Part shown: positions 25,326 through 26,228 of the stretch, in pieces | How positions within the stretch are numbered: the stretch's first letter is position 1 | Layout: every line of letters begins with the position of its first letter | Virus record (IMG/VR): IMGVR_UViG_3300027969_000383 | Location: 1 to 26,228 of that record | Reading direction: 5' to 3' (one strand) | Source: a virus | Lineage: Duplodnaviria; Caudoviricetes | Length of the DNA: 26,228 bases | The notes under the pieces: generated by a model | Database searches by the model: none | Seen by the model: the letters and a program-made list of their open reading frames with translations, nothing else | Told to the model about the DNA's origin: nothing | Program-made: the position numbers and the translations under genes

Positions 25326-25455
25326 TTCTAATACTTAGCATAAGGTTATATAATCTCAACGAGTGAGTGTTAATTATAGGAGGACGATGAGGACAGCGTC
25401 CTTGATTATAATTACAATTTAAAGTAATTTCGTTTCGGCAAGTAACGCATTTCAT
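25294..25455 (-). CDS. Small Cys/His protein (53 aa), below the ORF-track cutoff
   Basis: MKCVTCRNEITLNCNYNQGRCPHRPP...; ATGA overlap with the upstream stop; fills the apparent gap. Confidence 0.6.
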   Translation of the reverse strand: MKCVTCRNEITLNCNYNQGRCPHRPPIINTHSLRLYNLMLSIRNVYNKLKSKI

Positions 25456-25688
25456 TTTTTAAGATTATCCATGATAAATTGTTCAGCTTCATCTTGCCTG
25501 CGGTTCTTATCACATTCTACTGCTTTGATAAACATAAGATCTACAAGTTCTGCCATAACCTTTTTTCCTGAATCGTTTAAATAAGAATAAGAAGATCCGA
25601 CACTGCTTACATGAGCTTGATCTCTGTTGCGAACTGCGCTCATTAATTGAGCGGCAAGTATTGAACCAATCTCTCGTTCATTAAGCAT
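25452..25688 (-). CDS. Hypothetical protein (78 aa; start corrected from 25841)
   Basis: ATG 25688 has an AAGGA SD and follows the upstream stop; the longer version overlaps the upstream gene by about 150 nt. Confidence 0.65.
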   Translation of the reverse strand: MLNEREIGSILAAQLMSAVRNRDQAHVSSVGSSYSYLNDSGKKVMAELVDLMFIKAVECDKNRRQDEAEQFIMDNLKK

Positions 25689-25692
25689 AATA

Positions 25693-26007
25693 TTATCCTT
25701 TTTTAAGGACTTCGAGGAACGCAATTTTTCCAAGCGATTCTCCAAAGTCCTCATCACTTGTAATAATATGTAGGCTCGTATGGTGACGATCCGTTCTTGA
25801 ATCGTAGTGATTAATCTCGACAATTTTGCCTCCTGAAGCATTGTAAACTGTAAATCTCAAAGGTTCGTTTTCACTGCCTAATGAGTTGTGATGCCGCCCA
25901 GTCCGGGCACCGCTAAGAGTAGCCATTTTTCTATCATCATCATAAGCAACAGGCTGATCTTCTGGCCATAAGAAGGTATGTAGTTTTCTGCGTAGCCAAT
26001 CTTTCAT
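25693..26007 (-). CDS. Hypothetical protein (104 aa)
   Basis: AAGGA SD; LRFTVYNASGGKIVE..YD.RTDR...LHII. Confidence 0.7.
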   Translation of the reverse strand: MKDWLRRKLHTFLWPEDQPVAYDDDRKMATLSGARTGRHHNSLGSENEPLRFTVYNASGGKIVEINHYDSRTDRHHTSLHIITSDEDFGESLGKIAFLEVLKKG

Positions 26008-26015
26008 ATAAATCC

Positions 26016-26228
26016 TTAAAGTTTTTCTCCGGGAACAAATCCACGGAATCGCAAAAAGCGAGGGAATCTAAGACTATAAGTTCCGTCTTGATTTTGTGTA
26101 ATAGCGTCCGCTCTTACCTCAACCACTGCTCCAAAAAGGTTATTACGATTATTCCAATAATCAATGCGGTCGTTATCAGTGAACCCACTACCGCAATTGA
26201 CTTGAATATACCGCCCTCCGTCGTCTCC
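26016..26228 (-). CDS. gp30: ATP-dependent DNA ligase, C-terminal OB domain (partial at window edge)
   Basis: Manual translation ...VNCGSGFTDNDR...VVEVRADAITQNQDGTYSLRFPRFLRFRG... contains ligase motif VI. Confidence 0.9.
   Translation of the reverse strand, partial: GDDGGRYIQVNCGSGFTDNDRIDYWNNRNNLFGAVVEVRADAITQNQDGTYSLRFPRFLRFRGFVPGEKL

Noticed and set aside
25371-25414. Hairpin with a hammerhead-like GAUGA-GGAC...GUCC segment
   Set aside because: Lacks the CUGA and GAAA core nucleotides and lies within the 53-aa ORF.
1-26228. Alternative genetic code, since no accepted gene ends in TAG
   Set aside because: All conserved genes are full length under code 11 with no internal TAG or TGA; TAG avoidance is common in AT-rich phages.

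Overview
AT-rich segment of a large T4-like (distant Tevenvirinae-type) myovirus genome. No host DNA, tRNA, CRISPR array or IS element is visible. Left arm, minus strand: a tape-measure-like gene, the T4-type head module (portal gp20, two small or acidic core proteins, prohead protease gp21, scaffold gp22, major capsid gp23), then fibre and structural genes. Centre: a gp26-like/gp51-like gene pair joined by a T-TTT-TTC -1 slippery site. It converges on a ~500-nt hairpin-rich non-coding region at the 3' end of a minus-strand operon (gp55 late sigma, gp47, gp46, Hc1-like protein, compact GIY-YIG protein). Right arm: a plus-strand baseplate module (tube-initiator-like, LysM/gp53-like, M23 peptidase, hub, gp5-like spike), then converging small genes, a MazG-like pyrophosphatase and the end of DNA ligase. 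Best leads: (1) a candidate large structured ncRNA directly behind the Lys-rich GIY-YIG gene, (2) a programmed -1 frameshift in the gp26/gp51-like chaperones, (3) leaderless transcripts from TAAATA late promoters, (4) two apparently inactivated muralytic domains beside an intact M23 peptidase. All calls come from reading motifs by eye; no database search or folding program was run.
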